From Candidatus Thorarchaeota archaeon (GTDB lineage: Archaea; Asgardarchaeota; Thorarchaeia; Thorarchaeales; Thorarchaeaceae), in NCBI GenBank assembly GCA_029855935.1, contig JAGSHN010000030.1:1-64000 (forward strand): DNA of 64,000 nucleotides, given 5' to 3'. The position numbers and the translations under genes were made by a program. The notes under the pieces are model-generated. The model saw only the letters and a list, made by a program, of their open reading frames with translations. It ran no database searches and was not told the DNA's origin. The stretch's first letter is position 1; the number at the start of each line of letters is the position of its first letter. Below, piece after piece: positions 9,418 to 19,716 of the stretch.

Positions 9418-10889
9418 ATGACCAAGTGGACATCGCCAAGCTTGAGAAGAGTCACATCAGCGGCATGCGTCGACTCATAGTCTCCCTCGATTCTCCCGAC
9501 CCCAAGACAATGTACGCTGCAGCGGGCAAGATGATGGCCCACGAGAACAGCATCGCGCTACTGCCGAAAGCAATGAGCCTGCTGGATACCGACGACGCGA
9601 CTATTCGGAGACTGATGTTCAGGACTGCTGCACAGCTTATGTACGGAAAGTACGTCGGGGCACTCATAGAGGCCTTTGACAACATCTCTCCTGCGGAGCG
9701 GGAGCAGGTGCTGCAGCTCGTCGAGGAGCGACTTCGGAACCGGGGCGGACCCTCAAGCCGCTACGAGCAGGAGAACTGGGTTCAGGCGCTACAGAGGCTC
9801 GGCCGTGAGCATCAACCAACAGTGCTTGGCATCATGTCGTTCCTTGGAAGGCCCGGCCTGAAATGGGTCAAGGACCTAGTCTCTGAACGCATTCAGGAGG
9901 TCACTCCTGCAGCTATCCACAGGCTCAACACAATCCCCAACTCGCAGAGAAGGCGCCTCCTCCGACTGGCCGTCGAGAGAGCCGTCCAGCGGAACAGAGA
10001 GCTGATTCCCTACATCATCGATGCTCTCGATGAGAAGAGCCTGAAATATGCGACGATGATCCTCAGAGAGGGGGCCTGGAGAGAGCGTGCGATGGTCGCT
10101 GCAAAGGTCGCTCGTCTCGGGATTCGTAGTTGTCGAGGTATCGTTCTCGACATCTTGGCCGACCCGGACTGGCGGGTGAAGCAGGCCCTGCTGGAGAACA
10201 TCGACATTAGCAAGAGCAAGTTCTCGGCACTCTTGCAGCTGCTCGGCTATGTGATCGCCGACTCACACGCCCGGGTACGGGGCCACGCCGAGAGACTTGC
10301 GCTTCTGCTTGGCATACAGACATGTCTTGATGGTGATCTTGAGAGGCAGCGCACCAGAGTGGAGAAGAGATACAGGAAGCAGCTGCTCCGCGCCGCTCAG
10401 CATAACCCAGATGTCGATTCCTCTTGGCTTGGCGTACAAGTGGTGGTCCCCGAGGTCGAGTTGGAGCCCGAGGAGCAGGAGGAGGGTCTCAGCCTTGGTG
10501 ACCTTGGTGCCGGAGCAGAGGAGAGGCGTCCATCGCCGGGCGAAGAGCCACGGCCAGAGAGCGCGCCGGCAAGCCCTGATGTATCGTCACTGCTTGCTGC
10601 ACTGAAGAGGACAAAGCAGTCCGTGTCCGCGGGAACTCAAGAGTCCGTCCTGAAGGCTGTGGAACGTGTTGACGAGTCGGCGGCTGTGACAGACAGGTTC
10701 ATCGAGACGTTGAAGGAGCTCAGTGAGTCATTCGGCAAGGACGTCCCAATGGAGTCGCTCCGTAAGGAGCTCAGGGCAGACGGAGTCACAGATGAGGACT
10801 TTGAGAGGGCTCTTGAGGCCCTTGAGCGAGACGGCCTTGTGTACCGTTCGGGCAAGGACACCGTAAGCTACGTGGATATGGAACTCTGA
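9414..10889 (+). CDS. HEAT-repeat protein with C-terminal winged helix
   Basis: HEAT-like LDTDDATIRR, LADPDWRVKQ, IADSHARVRG; acidic linker; FERALEALERDGLVYRSG wHTH end. Confidence 0.75.
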   Translation: MNDQVDIAKLEKSHISGMRRLIVSLDSPDPKTMYAAAGKMMAHENSIALLPKAMSLLDTDDATIRRLMFRTAAQLMYGKYVGALIEAFDNISPAEREQVLQLVEERLRNRGGPSSRYEQENWVQALQRLGREHQPTVLGIMSFLGRPGLKWVKDLVSERIQEVTPAAIHRLNTIPNSQRRRLLRLAVERAVQRNRELIPYIIDALDEKSLKYATMILREGAWRERAMVAAKVARLGIRSCRGIVLDILADPDWRVKQALLENIDISKSKFSALLQLLGYVIADSHARVRGHAERLALLLGIQTCLDGDLERQRTRVEKRYRKQLLRAAQHNPDVDSSWLGVQVVVPEVELEPEEQEEGLSLGDLGAGAEERRPSPGEEPRPESAPASPDVSSLLAALKRTKQSVSAGTQESVLKAVERVDESAAVTDRFIETLKELSESFGKDVPMESLRKELRADGVTDEDFERALEALERDGLVYRSGKDTVSYVDMEL

Positions 10890-10996
10890 TCTCCTTTCCT
10901 CTGCTGGCAAGTGCAAGACGGATTCCAAGAGGCGGGCGCTCACCCGCCGCAAAGACTAAGTGGCCAGCAGTTCTTGGTCGGGAGGACCGGAGAGAT

Positions 10997-12328
10997 ATGA
11001 GAATGGGACGGACCACTCTCATCAGGAATGCAGTGATAGTGACCGTCGACGACAGCAATACCGTCTATGACAGAGGGTACGTGTACGTTGAGGACGGCAA
11101 GATCACAGATGTTGGCGAGGGGGACACCAAGGACGACGCCGATATGGTTCTCGACCTGCCGGGAAGGATCGTGATGCCCGGTATCGTTGTGGCGCACACG
11201 CATCTCTATGGCATACTGCTCAGAGGCGCAGCCCTCAGAATAGCCCCACCAACGGACTTTGCGCAGGTCCTTCAGAGGATCTGGTGGCCCGTCGACGAGG
11301 CGCTCACGGTCGATGATGCGTATGCCAGCGCACTCTCTGCAGGTGCCGAGATGCTGCTCAGTGGCTGCACCACCTTTGCCGACACGTACTCCGGTCCAAA
11401 CGCAATAGAGGGTTGTCTCGAGGCAATTGCCAGAGCAACGGACGAGCTAGGAATGAGAGGAATCATCGCCTTCGAGGTCACAGAGCGTCACTCCCCAGAG
11501 GAAGCGGAGAGAGGTCTCGACGAGACGCAGCACGCTGCGAGGACCCTTTCGTCTGATGATAAGATCTCCCTGATGGTCAGTGTACACGCCTCTTTCACCG
11601 TCAGCGACGGACTCATCACAAAGGCCGTGCGTCGGGCGCGCACACTTGACCTGCCCCTGACCATTCACACATCTGAAGGTCTTGTGGACCTCTACCACAA
11701 TCTGGAGAAGTACGGCGAGCGCACAATCGAACGCCTCGACAGGCTTGGCGCGGTCACGTCATCGACCGTGCTTGCTCACTGCGTTCACGTCAACGACACA
11801 GAACTCGACATTGTGGCCGAACGTGGCGCCTCTGTCGCCCATAATCCAATGAGCAACATGCTGAACGCGGTGGGCGTGGCACCAGTCCCGAAGATGCTGA
11901 ACAGAGGCATCACGGTCGGGCTGGGCAATGATGGCTGGATCTTCGACCCATTCGAGAACATGCGATGCGCACTCACCGTGCACCGGCTCGCCGCAGGAGA
12001 CCCCAGCGTCGTAGACGAGAACACTGTCTTGCGGATGGCCACAGTAGAGGCAGCGAGATGCTATGGCCTAGAGGGGCGGGTCGGATCCATCAGGGTGAGT
12101 AACGACGCGGACGTCATTGTCATTGACGGACGCGGTCTTCCCACTCCTGTGACCTCACGGTCGGTCATCGGCCACATCGTACATAGCGTCCGTGGCAGTG
12201 ATGTAGAACACGTACTCGTGGGCGGTGAATTGGTCGTTAGAGACCACGCCCTTGTGCGGGTGGACAGGTCTCGGGTCAGCGAGATCTCCCGCAGAGCTGC
12301 ACGCGCGCTATGGGACCGCCTCCATTGA
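10997..12328 (+). CDS. Amidohydrolase, SsnA/MTA-SAH deaminase-like
   Basis: AHTHLY, PPTDF..IWW, IHTSE, LAHCVH, GLGND metal-binding motifs. Confidence 0.9.
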   Translation: MRMGRTTLIRNAVIVTVDDSNTVYDRGYVYVEDGKITDVGEGDTKDDADMVLDLPGRIVMPGIVVAHTHLYGILLRGAALRIAPPTDFAQVLQRIWWPVDEALTVDDAYASALSAGAEMLLSGCTTFADTYSGPNAIEGCLEAIARATDELGMRGIIAFEVTERHSPEEAERGLDETQHAARTLSSDDKISLMVSVHASFTVSDGLITKAVRRARTLDLPLTIHTSEGLVDLYHNLEKYGERTIERLDRLGAVTSSTVLAHCVHVNDTELDIVAERGASVAHNPMSNMLNAVGVAPVPKMLNRGITVGLGNDGWIFDPFENMRCALTVHRLAAGDPSVVDENTVLRMATVEAARCYGLEGRVGSIRVSNDADVIVIDGRGLPTPVTSRSVIGHIVHSVRGSDVEHVLVGGELVVRDHALVRVDRSRVSEISRRAARALWDRLH

Positions 12329-12404
12329 CACAGTGCGATAGTCTCCGTCTGCAGAGTGCCAGTTCAAGAAGTCTTTTACACACATTTCCTCGACAGACCC
12401 GTTG

Positions 12405-13346
12405 ATGAACTCCGTCAGGGACACCTTCAGATACGAGGGACCGATCTTCGACGCTCACTCTCACGTCGTCGACTGCGACTCCCTCTCACTCCTTGTCAAG
12501 ACTGCAGATGAATTCGGAGTTCGTCGTGCCGTGTTGATTGTGCATCACTCAAAGCCCACGGAGATTGAGAAGCGCTATCCTGAGCGGTTCATCTTTGCAA
12601 AGTACTTCTCGGGCACAATGCTGCTGAGCGGCGACGTCGACAGAGCAATCAAGGAGGCCGCCCGCATGGCCGAGGAGGGATTCACTGTGGCTAAGATGCA
12701 TTTCTCGCCAGTGTGGGCCACCCGGCTGGAGGGCTCAAGTCCCCTCAGCATCGACTCAACGTCGCTTGATCCCTTCTTCGACTTTCTGCAAGACGAGAAC
12801 ATTCCCTCTTTGATTCACATTGCCGACCCGGACACCTACTACAGGACCCGCTATGCAGACACGTCTGTGTTTGGTACGAAAGAGGAACATCTTCGGCAGT
12901 TCGAGGCACGGCTTGAGCGTACGCCGAGACTACGCATTCAGGTTGCCCACTTTGCTGCACAGCCTGAGCCTCATCGTCTTGACCACCTCGGCTCTCTCCT
13001 TGACCGGTTCCGAAATGTTGTCATTGACACAGGCTCCGCGCGTTGGATGGTCCGCGAGCTTGGACGCGAGCCACGTAGGTCACGTGACTTCATCACGAAG
13101 TATCGTGACCGCATTCTGTTTGGCAGTGACTGCGTCGCAAGAACTACGGACCGTTCCTATTTCGAGGGGAGATTCCATTCGTTGCGGATGCTGATGGAGT
13201 CGAATGTCTTGAATGTCCCGTTGCCCTTCGTTGACGAGGACACGGTGAAGACGGGCGGGACGTTCATCAACGGTCTCTGCCTTCCGGACAGGGTTCTCTC
13301 CGCACTGTACTGGGACAATGCCTCGACCAGATACGACATAGAGTAG
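12405..13346 (+). CDS. Amidohydrolase_2 family protein
   Basis: DAHSH, IHIAD, VAHF, RILFGSD, LYWDNA. Confidence 0.85.
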   Translation: MNSVRDTFRYEGPIFDAHSHVVDCDSLSLLVKTADEFGVRRAVLIVHHSKPTEIEKRYPERFIFAKYFSGTMLLSGDVDRAIKEAARMAEEGFTVAKMHFSPVWATRLEGSSPLSIDSTSLDPFFDFLQDENIPSLIHIADPDTYYRTRYADTSVFGTKEEHLRQFEARLERTPRLRIQVAHFAAQPEPHRLDHLGSLLDRFRNVVIDTGSARWMVRELGREPRRSRDFITKYRDRILFGSDCVARTTDRSYFEGRFHSLRMLMESNVLNVPLPFVDEDTVKTGGTFINGLCLPDRVLSALYWDNASTRYDIE

Positions 13347-13455
13347 GACCACTCACTACAGCCAGCCCGAAGACGGTCCGCTCAATGCAGCTCAAGTTTA
13401 TTACCCTCTACATCTAGTTCTCCGTGACTGCATCTTGAGAGAGGGTGTCGGCAGA

Positions 13456-14187
13456 ATGGAACAGACCGAACGGCAGCTTTTTGTTGACAGGGAGACACGA
13501 AGAATAGAGACCCGCCTACGCAAGGCGCAACTGCTGTTTCCTCTGAACCCAATTCCAGAGCCCCTGTTCCAGACGATGCTCGCCTTCACGGATCCTCGTG
13601 ACGACCCTCAGGCCGCACTTGAACGGCTGATGCAGAGTCGTGTCTTTGAGGCCACCGTCTGTACCTTCTCCTTCAATCAGCTCTTTCCCGTAAACACTGC
13701 TCGAAAGTTTGTGTATCCCACCCCTCACGACGGAGTCCTCGAGGAGGTCATAGACGACCTTGAGGGGCAGTTGCTGTCATTTCAGGGTCGCCCTCTCGAC
13801 GACACCCTCGGAGAGAGGTTCGAGCTATTCAGAAATCTGTACATCGATGAGGAGCGACTCGACAGATTCCGACTTGGGGCGCTTGAGATATACGGTGACC
13901 TCACCTATCGGAACATCGTCCGTGATCCGCGTGTCTCGCTCAATATGCGCTGGGACGAGGGGACATCCTTGAAGAGTGTCCAGTTGAACTGTATAGCAGA
14001 GATTGTCGGTAAGAGCACCCCGTTCTACAGATTCATCCGCGTGGTCCGGTCGCTCTTCTCCCAACATTTCGTCGACCTCTTGGGCTACGAGTATACCTGC
14101 GCCTACAAGTTCTGGATATGCGAGTCCTTCAACAAGCATCTCTCGGACAGGCACGGCTTCAGACCAAGCGTCCGTACCTCTGACTGA
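13456..14187 (+). CDS. Pyridoxamine 5'-phosphate oxidase-like split-barrel protein
   Basis: LEIYGDLTYRNIVRDPRVSL..SVQLNCIAEIV pattern. Confidence 0.55.
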   Translation: MEQTERQLFVDRETRRIETRLRKAQLLFPLNPIPEPLFQTMLAFTDPRDDPQAALERLMQSRVFEATVCTFSFNQLFPVNTARKFVYPTPHDGVLEEVIDDLEGQLLSFQGRPLDDTLGERFELFRNLYIDEERLDRFRLGALEIYGDLTYRNIVRDPRVSLNMRWDEGTSLKSVQLNCIAEIVGKSTPFYRFIRVVRSLFSQHFVDLLGYEYTCAYKFWICESFNKHLSDRHGFRPSVRTSD

Positions 14188-14198
14188 GATGAGCCGCC

Positions 14199-17000
14199 TT
14201 GGTCACAGCAACAGACTTTCCCGATGCGCTCCACTTCAAGCATCGCTGGAGAGACTATCAGAAGCAGGTGCTGAACCAGCTCGAGGACCTCCGTGACGAC
14301 GAACATATTCACATTGTGGCTGCGCCCGGCTCTGGAAAGACTGTCTTGGGCCTGGAGGTGATTAGGCGGCTTGGTCGTCCTGCGCTTGTGTTGGCCCCGA
14401 CAGTGGCCATCCGTGACCAGTGGATTGAGCGGCTGGTCCGCGACTTTCTACCTGAGGGGGCGGATGTGCCAGGATGGATCTCCACAGACATTCGGCGACC
14501 GGGCAAGATTACCGTTGCCACCTATCAGGCCCTGCACAGCGCGATGAAGGGAGAGCCGGACCCGGACGACCAGTGGGTGAGCGAGGAGGAGACACACTCC
14601 GCGGAGATAGCCCAACAGCATCAGACGGTGAACGTGTTCGGACAGGAGGATGGGGACGAGGACATAGAGCAACGCCTCGGAAGACGGCGGACGCATCGTC
14701 GTGACAGTAATCTACCCGACATCCTGAGGGCTCACAGCATTGATACCTTGGTCCTTGACGAGGCTCACCATCTGCGGACAGAGTGGTGGGGGAGTCTGAC
14801 AAGACTCGTCCATAGACTCTCAGTCTCTGTCGTCGTTGCGCTCACGGCCACACCGCCATATGATGTTCCCGAGTACGAGTGGGATCGCTACGTGGACCTG
14901 TGTGGTCCGATTGATATCGAGGTGCCAGTGCCCGAGCTTGTGGCCGTTGGGGACGTGTGCCCGCATCAGGATCTTATCTATCTGACAACCCCGACTGAGG
15001 ACGAGAGGCGCGTCATCAGCGAGTACCGGCAGAGGGTCGAGTTGTTTGTTGAGGAACTGAAACAGAATGCGGAGTTCATCGCCCTTCTCAGCAATCATCC
15101 CTGGGTCCAAGACCCAGAGTCGTACGCCGAAGAGGTCCTTGAGGAGCCAGACCTCTTCTCAAGCATGCTTGTCTTTCTTGGCGCAGCGGGCGTGGAGGTG
15201 CCAAAGAAGACCGTGAAGTTTGTCGCGGGGGAGGTGAGGCGCCTGCCGAGTCTCAACCTTGAGTGGCTGGAGATACTACTGACCGGCCTGCTGTTTCCGC
15301 ACGGCTCTCGCGGAGACACGCTCCAGCCAATCCTCGAACGAGTCCTCCAGGAACTGCGCGACATTGGTGCGGTGGAGCGCAGACACGTGATGCTTAGAGA
15401 GACCAAGACGGTCAAGAGGCTTCTGATGCAGAGCATCTCGAAGCTTGAGGGAATGAAGGAGATTGTCGTGACCGAGTACGAGTCACTCATCTCCGACATG
15501 AGAATGGTCATTCTCACAGACTACATCAGGAAGGGCTTCATCCCGCGCAACCGGGATGACGAACGGCCTCTGCTGAAGATTGGCGTGGTCCCTATCTTCG
15601 AGACACTACGGCGTGCGCGTATCCTCGGGTTACGTCTCGGGGTGCTGACAGGCTCTCTCGTCATAATCCCGTCTGAGAGTGAAGAGAGGTTTCTGAGCAT
15701 AGTACGCGGGAGGGAGATTGACCCCTTCGCTCTCAAGCTACGGCCCTATCCCGCGGACGACGACTACCTGCTGGTCGAGGTGAGCGGCTCACAGCGCTCG
15801 GTGATTGTGGGTGCCGTCACGGAGCTGTTCAACCAGGGAGGCCTGCACGTACTGGTTGGTACCACTGCACTCCTTGGGGAGGGTTGGGACGCCCCGACCG
15901 TGAACTCCTTGATACTGGCGAGCTTTGTGGGTTCCTATATGCTCTCCAACCAGATGCGGGGCCGTGCGATCAGGTCTGTCAGGGACGACCCCGACAAGAC
16001 CGCAAACATCTGGCATCTTGCTTGCGTCTATCCTGACAGTCACGATGCTGGCGGAGACTACGAGACGCTGGTGCGGAGGTTCAGAGCGTTTCTCGGGATC
16101 TCCTTCGAGTACGATATGATAGAGAATGGTATTGCCCGTACGGGGATAGGAGAACCCCCCTTCTCGAAGAAGAGCATAGACGCCTTCAACAAACGCATGC
16201 TGGAGATTGCTGAGGACAGGCAGGCAATAAGAGAGAGGTGGGAGGTTGCGCTACGTCGAGGAGAGGAGGGCGTCCGACTCGTCGAGGAGGTCAAGGCGCC
16301 ACCTGTACTCCTTCCCCGAGGATTCGTGTTTAGGAACACCATATCAGCAATGTTCTGGGAGGGCGTGGCTCTGAGCCTCTACGTCTTCGCTCAAATGGCG
16401 CGTGCGGCACGAAACTTGAGCTCGCTCCAAGAGCTATTGATCTTCATGGAGTTTGCAGCCATTATCGCAGTGCTGGTGGGACTGCCGAAGATGCTCAAGG
16501 CCGTGTGGCTGGCCATCCGCCACGGACCAGTGAAGTCAAGTCTGAGAGAGATAGGCCTTGCACTTGTCGAGGCACTCTACTACGCAGGCGCAATACGCAC
16601 ATCGCCCGACTACATAGAGGTGATTGCAGAGGACGATCCCCAGTTTCCTGGATGGGTATTCTGTCAGATCAAGGGCGGAACGAACAGGGACCGCTGGACG
16701 TATCAGAGGGCGCTGCAAGAGCTGTTGAACCCGATAAGGAATCCGCGATACCTCCTTGTGCGCTACTCCAGCCTGTGGAATCTCTTTGGACGGGTTGACT
16801 ATCACGCTGTGCCAGCGGTGCTCGGCACGAATAGAAGATACGCATCGAATTTCGCAGAACGTTGGGAGAGGCACGTTGGAAAGATGGCGCTGGTCTACAC
16901 ACGCAACGCGGAGGGGAGAAGAATTCTCCTTCAGGCGAGGACACACTCTCTCTCCGCCGCATTCCGCCCCCGAGCCGAGTCGATCACGCGATGGCGGTAG
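14199..17000 (+). CDS. SF2 (ResIII/DEAH) helicase with C-terminal membrane segments
   Basis: WRDYQ Q-motif, APGSGKT, DEAHH, TATPP, LGEGWD, QMRGRAIR; two hydrophobic helices in the C-terminal third. Confidence 0.9.
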   Translation: MVTATDFPDALHFKHRWRDYQKQVLNQLEDLRDDEHIHIVAAPGSGKTVLGLEVIRRLGRPALVLAPTVAIRDQWIERLVRDFLPEGADVPGWISTDIRRPGKITVATYQALHSAMKGEPDPDDQWVSEEETHSAEIAQQHQTVNVFGQEDGDEDIEQRLGRRRTHRRDSNLPDILRAHSIDTLVLDEAHHLRTEWWGSLTRLVHRLSVSVVVALTATPPYDVPEYEWDRYVDLCGPIDIEVPVPELVAVGDVCPHQDLIYLTTPTEDERRVISEYRQRVELFVEELKQNAEFIALLSNHPWVQDPESYAEEVLEEPDLFSSMLVFLGAAGVEVPKKTVKFVAGEVRRLPSLNLEWLEILLTGLLFPHGSRGDTLQPILERVLQELRDIGAVERRHVMLRETKTVKRLLMQSISKLEGMKEIVVTEYESLISDMRMVILTDYIRKGFIPRNRDDERPLLKIGVVPIFETLRRARILGLRLGVLTGSLVIIPSESEERFLSIVRGREIDPFALKLRPYPADDDYLLVEVSGSQRSVIVGAVTELFNQGGLHVLVGTTALLGEGWDAPTVNSLILASFVGSYMLSNQMRGRAIRSVRDDPDKTANIWHLACVYPDSHDAGGDYETLVRRFRAFLGISFEYDMIENGIARTGIGEPPFSKKSIDAFNKRMLEIAEDRQAIRERWEVALRRGEEGVRLVEEVKAPPVLLPRGFVFRNTISAMFWEGVALSLYVFAQMARAARNLSSLQELLIFMEFAAIIAVLVGLPKMLKAVWLAIRHGPVKSSLREIGLALVEALYYAGAIRTSPDYIEVIAEDDPQFPGWVFCQIKGGTNRDRWTYQRALQELLNPIRNPRYLLVRYSSLWNLFGRVDYHAVPAVLGTNRRYASNFAERWERHVGKMALVYTRNAEGRRILLQARTHSLSAAFRPRAESITRWR

Positions 17001-17007
17001 TGAACGT

Positions 17008-17343
17008 CTATGCTCCATCCTGTTCTGGCCGCCTTCTTCTCAGCGCTCTCCTTTTCCTCCTCCGAGCCTTGCTCTTGGGCTGGACAAAATCGGTGAGCGA
17101 GAGTTGGCGAACCGGACCGAGCCGCCATTCCTTGGTATCGCTACTCCTCTCGACAAGACGCTCTCTGAGCATGTTTCGCAGGTGATAGAGGACCGTGGAG
17201 TAGGAGACGTGGACCTGACGTGAGATGGCTGCAGTGGTGGCCTGCCCTTGTCTCTCCACCGTTGCCAGAATTCTGGAACGTGTAATCACGCCTCTCCGAA
17301 TGTTGCGAATCAGGCCGAGATAGGCACGCCTGTCGAGTGACAC
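17008..17343 (-). CDS. Winged-helix (ArsR-like) DNA-binding protein
   Basis: TTAAISRQVHVSYSTVLYHLRNMLRERLVER; GAGG upstream. Confidence 0.8.
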   Translation of the reverse strand: MSLDRRAYLGLIRNIRRGVITRSRILATVERQGQATTAAISRQVHVSYSTVLYHLRNMLRERLVERSSDTKEWRLGPVRQLSLTDFVQPKSKARRRKRRALRRRRPEQDGA

Positions 17344-17665
17344 CTCATCACCTGACCATCGACATCTGCCATCCTATCTGCGGCGAAGCAATATTAGTCA
17401 TTTCACACCCCGAAGTCAGGGTTGGTATCTGAATGTATCTTTCATCCTAAGGCAGCACGGGACGTGCGCTGTGCTGGAGAGCTGGGGATAGTCCGCCGGG
17501 TACATCAAGTATATCTTTATCAGTTTCGTTCTTCGCTCTCTGACGAACAGGACAGTAGCTGTTACCCCTGCCGGCGCCACCGAGTCACGGCAGTCCGCCC
17601 CCCAAGATTCAGAGACCAGCAGCGCGGATGCAGTAACCTGACAATAGCCTACGGAAGGATGGTAA

Positions 17666-18919
17666 GTGCGTAATCCCGGCATAACTGGCATTCTAGTGGT
17701 TCACAAGGACTCTGGGCTCCCGCTTCTCTATCAGAAGCTGGATCCACGACATACTGACATCGACCCGGCCTTGTTGTCGGGATTCTTCACAGCACTCAGG
17801 CTATTCTCCCAAGAGATTGTCCATCAGCAGAGATCCGGGTTTGAGATAAACTATGGCACGAGCCAGCTAGTTGTTGCTATTGGCAAGGTCACAATGTTCG
17901 CAGCACTGGCGGAACGAGCCTCTACCGACATAACAGCTCGCGTCAATGAACTGCTGGACGAATTCGAGAGGATGTGGCTTGCCGACAGGGAGGACATTGA
18001 CCCCGGGGACCCTGAGCTGAGAAGTCGCCTCGAGGAGTTCAAACAGACAATTGTGGCCCGTATTGGGATTCAGAACATCAAGCCGAAATGGATTCCCGTC
18101 TTCACCAATGTGCACGCCGTGGATCCGAATGAGCACGCGGTGGACCGCTACATAAATGGAGAAAATACAATCGATGCAATAGTCACAATCAGCGGACTTG
18201 AGAGAAGCAAGGTGATCGATCGCATAACAGAGCTCTGGGCCAGTGGAGCGATCTACTTCAAGAACCTCCTTGACAACACTGACGTGGTCATTCCCACAAG
18301 CCGACTGTTCAGACACCTTCAGGTGGACACACCTGAGAGGAGAGAACTGGAGAGGAGAATGGGCCACGTTGTGCACCTCCTCCCGGAGGTCTCTCGTCTG
18401 CTTGATGGACGCACCACCGTTGGAGAGATTGTGAAACGTCTCTCGCCGGAGGTGTATGACCTGCTGGACTATCTGTTTCGAGTGAATGCGATCGAAGTCC
18501 TCACGCCCGAGAAAAAACGGATCCTCGTGGCGAAAAAACTGAGTGAGATGTCTCTAAGTGTGGCGGCAAAGGTCTTCGACAGCTCAGACGTCGCAAGGGC
18601 AGTCGAACGCGCTCTTGAATCTGCAGGAAGACCCGAGATAGACGCAGATATCCTTCGTGGCGACAACCGCGTGAGTGTGAATTTTGACTTCCACGTGTAT
18701 GAGGGGCTGACCCCACGACAGGTCTTGGAGGTGCACGATGGGTGGCTGAAGTTTCTTCGCGAGTTCGTCGCGGCACTGCCGACCAAGAGGAGGAGACGCT
18801 TCGTCGAGCAGCTCGGAGAACGAATTCGCGAGGACTTCTTTGCCTGCTATGCTCCAGATGAGCTAGAGGGTATCGACGAGTTTACCTTTTATCTCGAGAA
18901 GCTGATGACTCGCTCGTAG
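17666..18919 (+). CDS. Longin-like + winged-helix protein
   Basis: ILVVHKDSGLPLL..DPALLSGFFTAL longin pattern; two WH-like units (INGENTIDAIV, LDGRTTVGEIV). Confidence 0.7.
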   Translation: MRNPGITGILVVHKDSGLPLLYQKLDPRHTDIDPALLSGFFTALRLFSQEIVHQQRSGFEINYGTSQLVVAIGKVTMFAALAERASTDITARVNELLDEFERMWLADREDIDPGDPELRSRLEEFKQTIVARIGIQNIKPKWIPVFTNVHAVDPNEHAVDRYINGENTIDAIVTISGLERSKVIDRITELWASGAIYFKNLLDNTDVVIPTSRLFRHLQVDTPERRELERRMGHVVHLLPEVSRLLDGRTTVGEIVKRLSPEVYDLLDYLFRVNAIEVLTPEKKRILVAKKLSEMSLSVAAKVFDSSDVARAVERALESAGRPEIDADILRGDNRVSVNFDFHVYEGLTPRQVLEVHDGWLKFLREFVAALPTKRRRRFVEQLGERIREDFFACYAPDELEGIDEFTFYLEKLMTRS

Positions 18920-18984
18920 TACTTCACACGAAGAAAAGGAGAGGAGGTCAGGAATAATCACGCTACCAAAGTGAGGGACTAACC

Positions 18985-19716
18985 ATGACTGAGATAGACC
19001 CTGAGACAGCAGTTGAGATCAAGCCCGACCTGTGGTGGGTCGGGTGGCCAGACTATCATGCTGGCTTCTCGAACAACCCGTATCTGATAGTTGAGGAGGA
19101 TCAAGTGATCCTCATCGACCCCGGCTCCCGACACGAGGACCACTGGGGCTGGGTGAAGCGCAAGATTGAGTCCGTGGTGCCACTGAGCTCGATAACCATG
19201 ATCATAGTCCACCACCAGGACCCAGACCTCTGCGCAGCCATACCGCTGATAGAGGAGGAGGTGGGTGTGGGCAACTTCGAGATTGTGACCACCGAGCGGA
19301 CGGCCCTCTTCATTCCGTACTACGGGGTGAAGACTGAGGTGACCAGTGTCGAGGACGGGACAGTGCTTGAGTTGACCGAGGGCCACGAACTCAAGTTCAT
19401 CACCACCCCGTATCTCCACTTTCCTGGGGCGATGGTCACGTACGACACGAAGTACAAGGTACTGTTCAGTTCGGACATCTTCGCTGGTTTTTCCATCGAC
19501 TGGTCACTCTATGCCAACGAGTACTACTTGGAGGCGATGAAGGTGTTCTCACAGCCATACCTTTCACATCACAAGCACGTGTTGAACTTCCTCAGGAAGA
19601 TTGAGGACCTTGACATCGATATGATCTGCCCGCAGCACGGCTCGATCATCCCGCGCGACCGCGTGAGAGAGGCCATCGAGACACTGCGCGACCTGGAGGT
19701 GGGCATATGGGAGTAG
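18985..19716 (+). CDS. MBL-fold di-iron protein, ODP/FprA N-domain-like
   Basis: LIDPG, HHQDPD, PYLHFPG, LFSSDIF, ICPQHG; no flavodoxin domain. Confidence 0.85.
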   Translation: MTEIDPETAVEIKPDLWWVGWPDYHAGFSNNPYLIVEEDQVILIDPGSRHEDHWGWVKRKIESVVPLSSITMIIVHHQDPDLCAAIPLIEEEVGVGNFEIVTTERTALFIPYYGVKTEVTSVEDGTVLELTEGHELKFITTPYLHFPGAMVTYDTKYKVLFSSDIFAGFSIDWSLYANEYYLEAMKVFSQPYLSHHKHVLNFLRKIEDLDIDMICPQHGSIIPRDRVREAIETLRDLEVGIWE

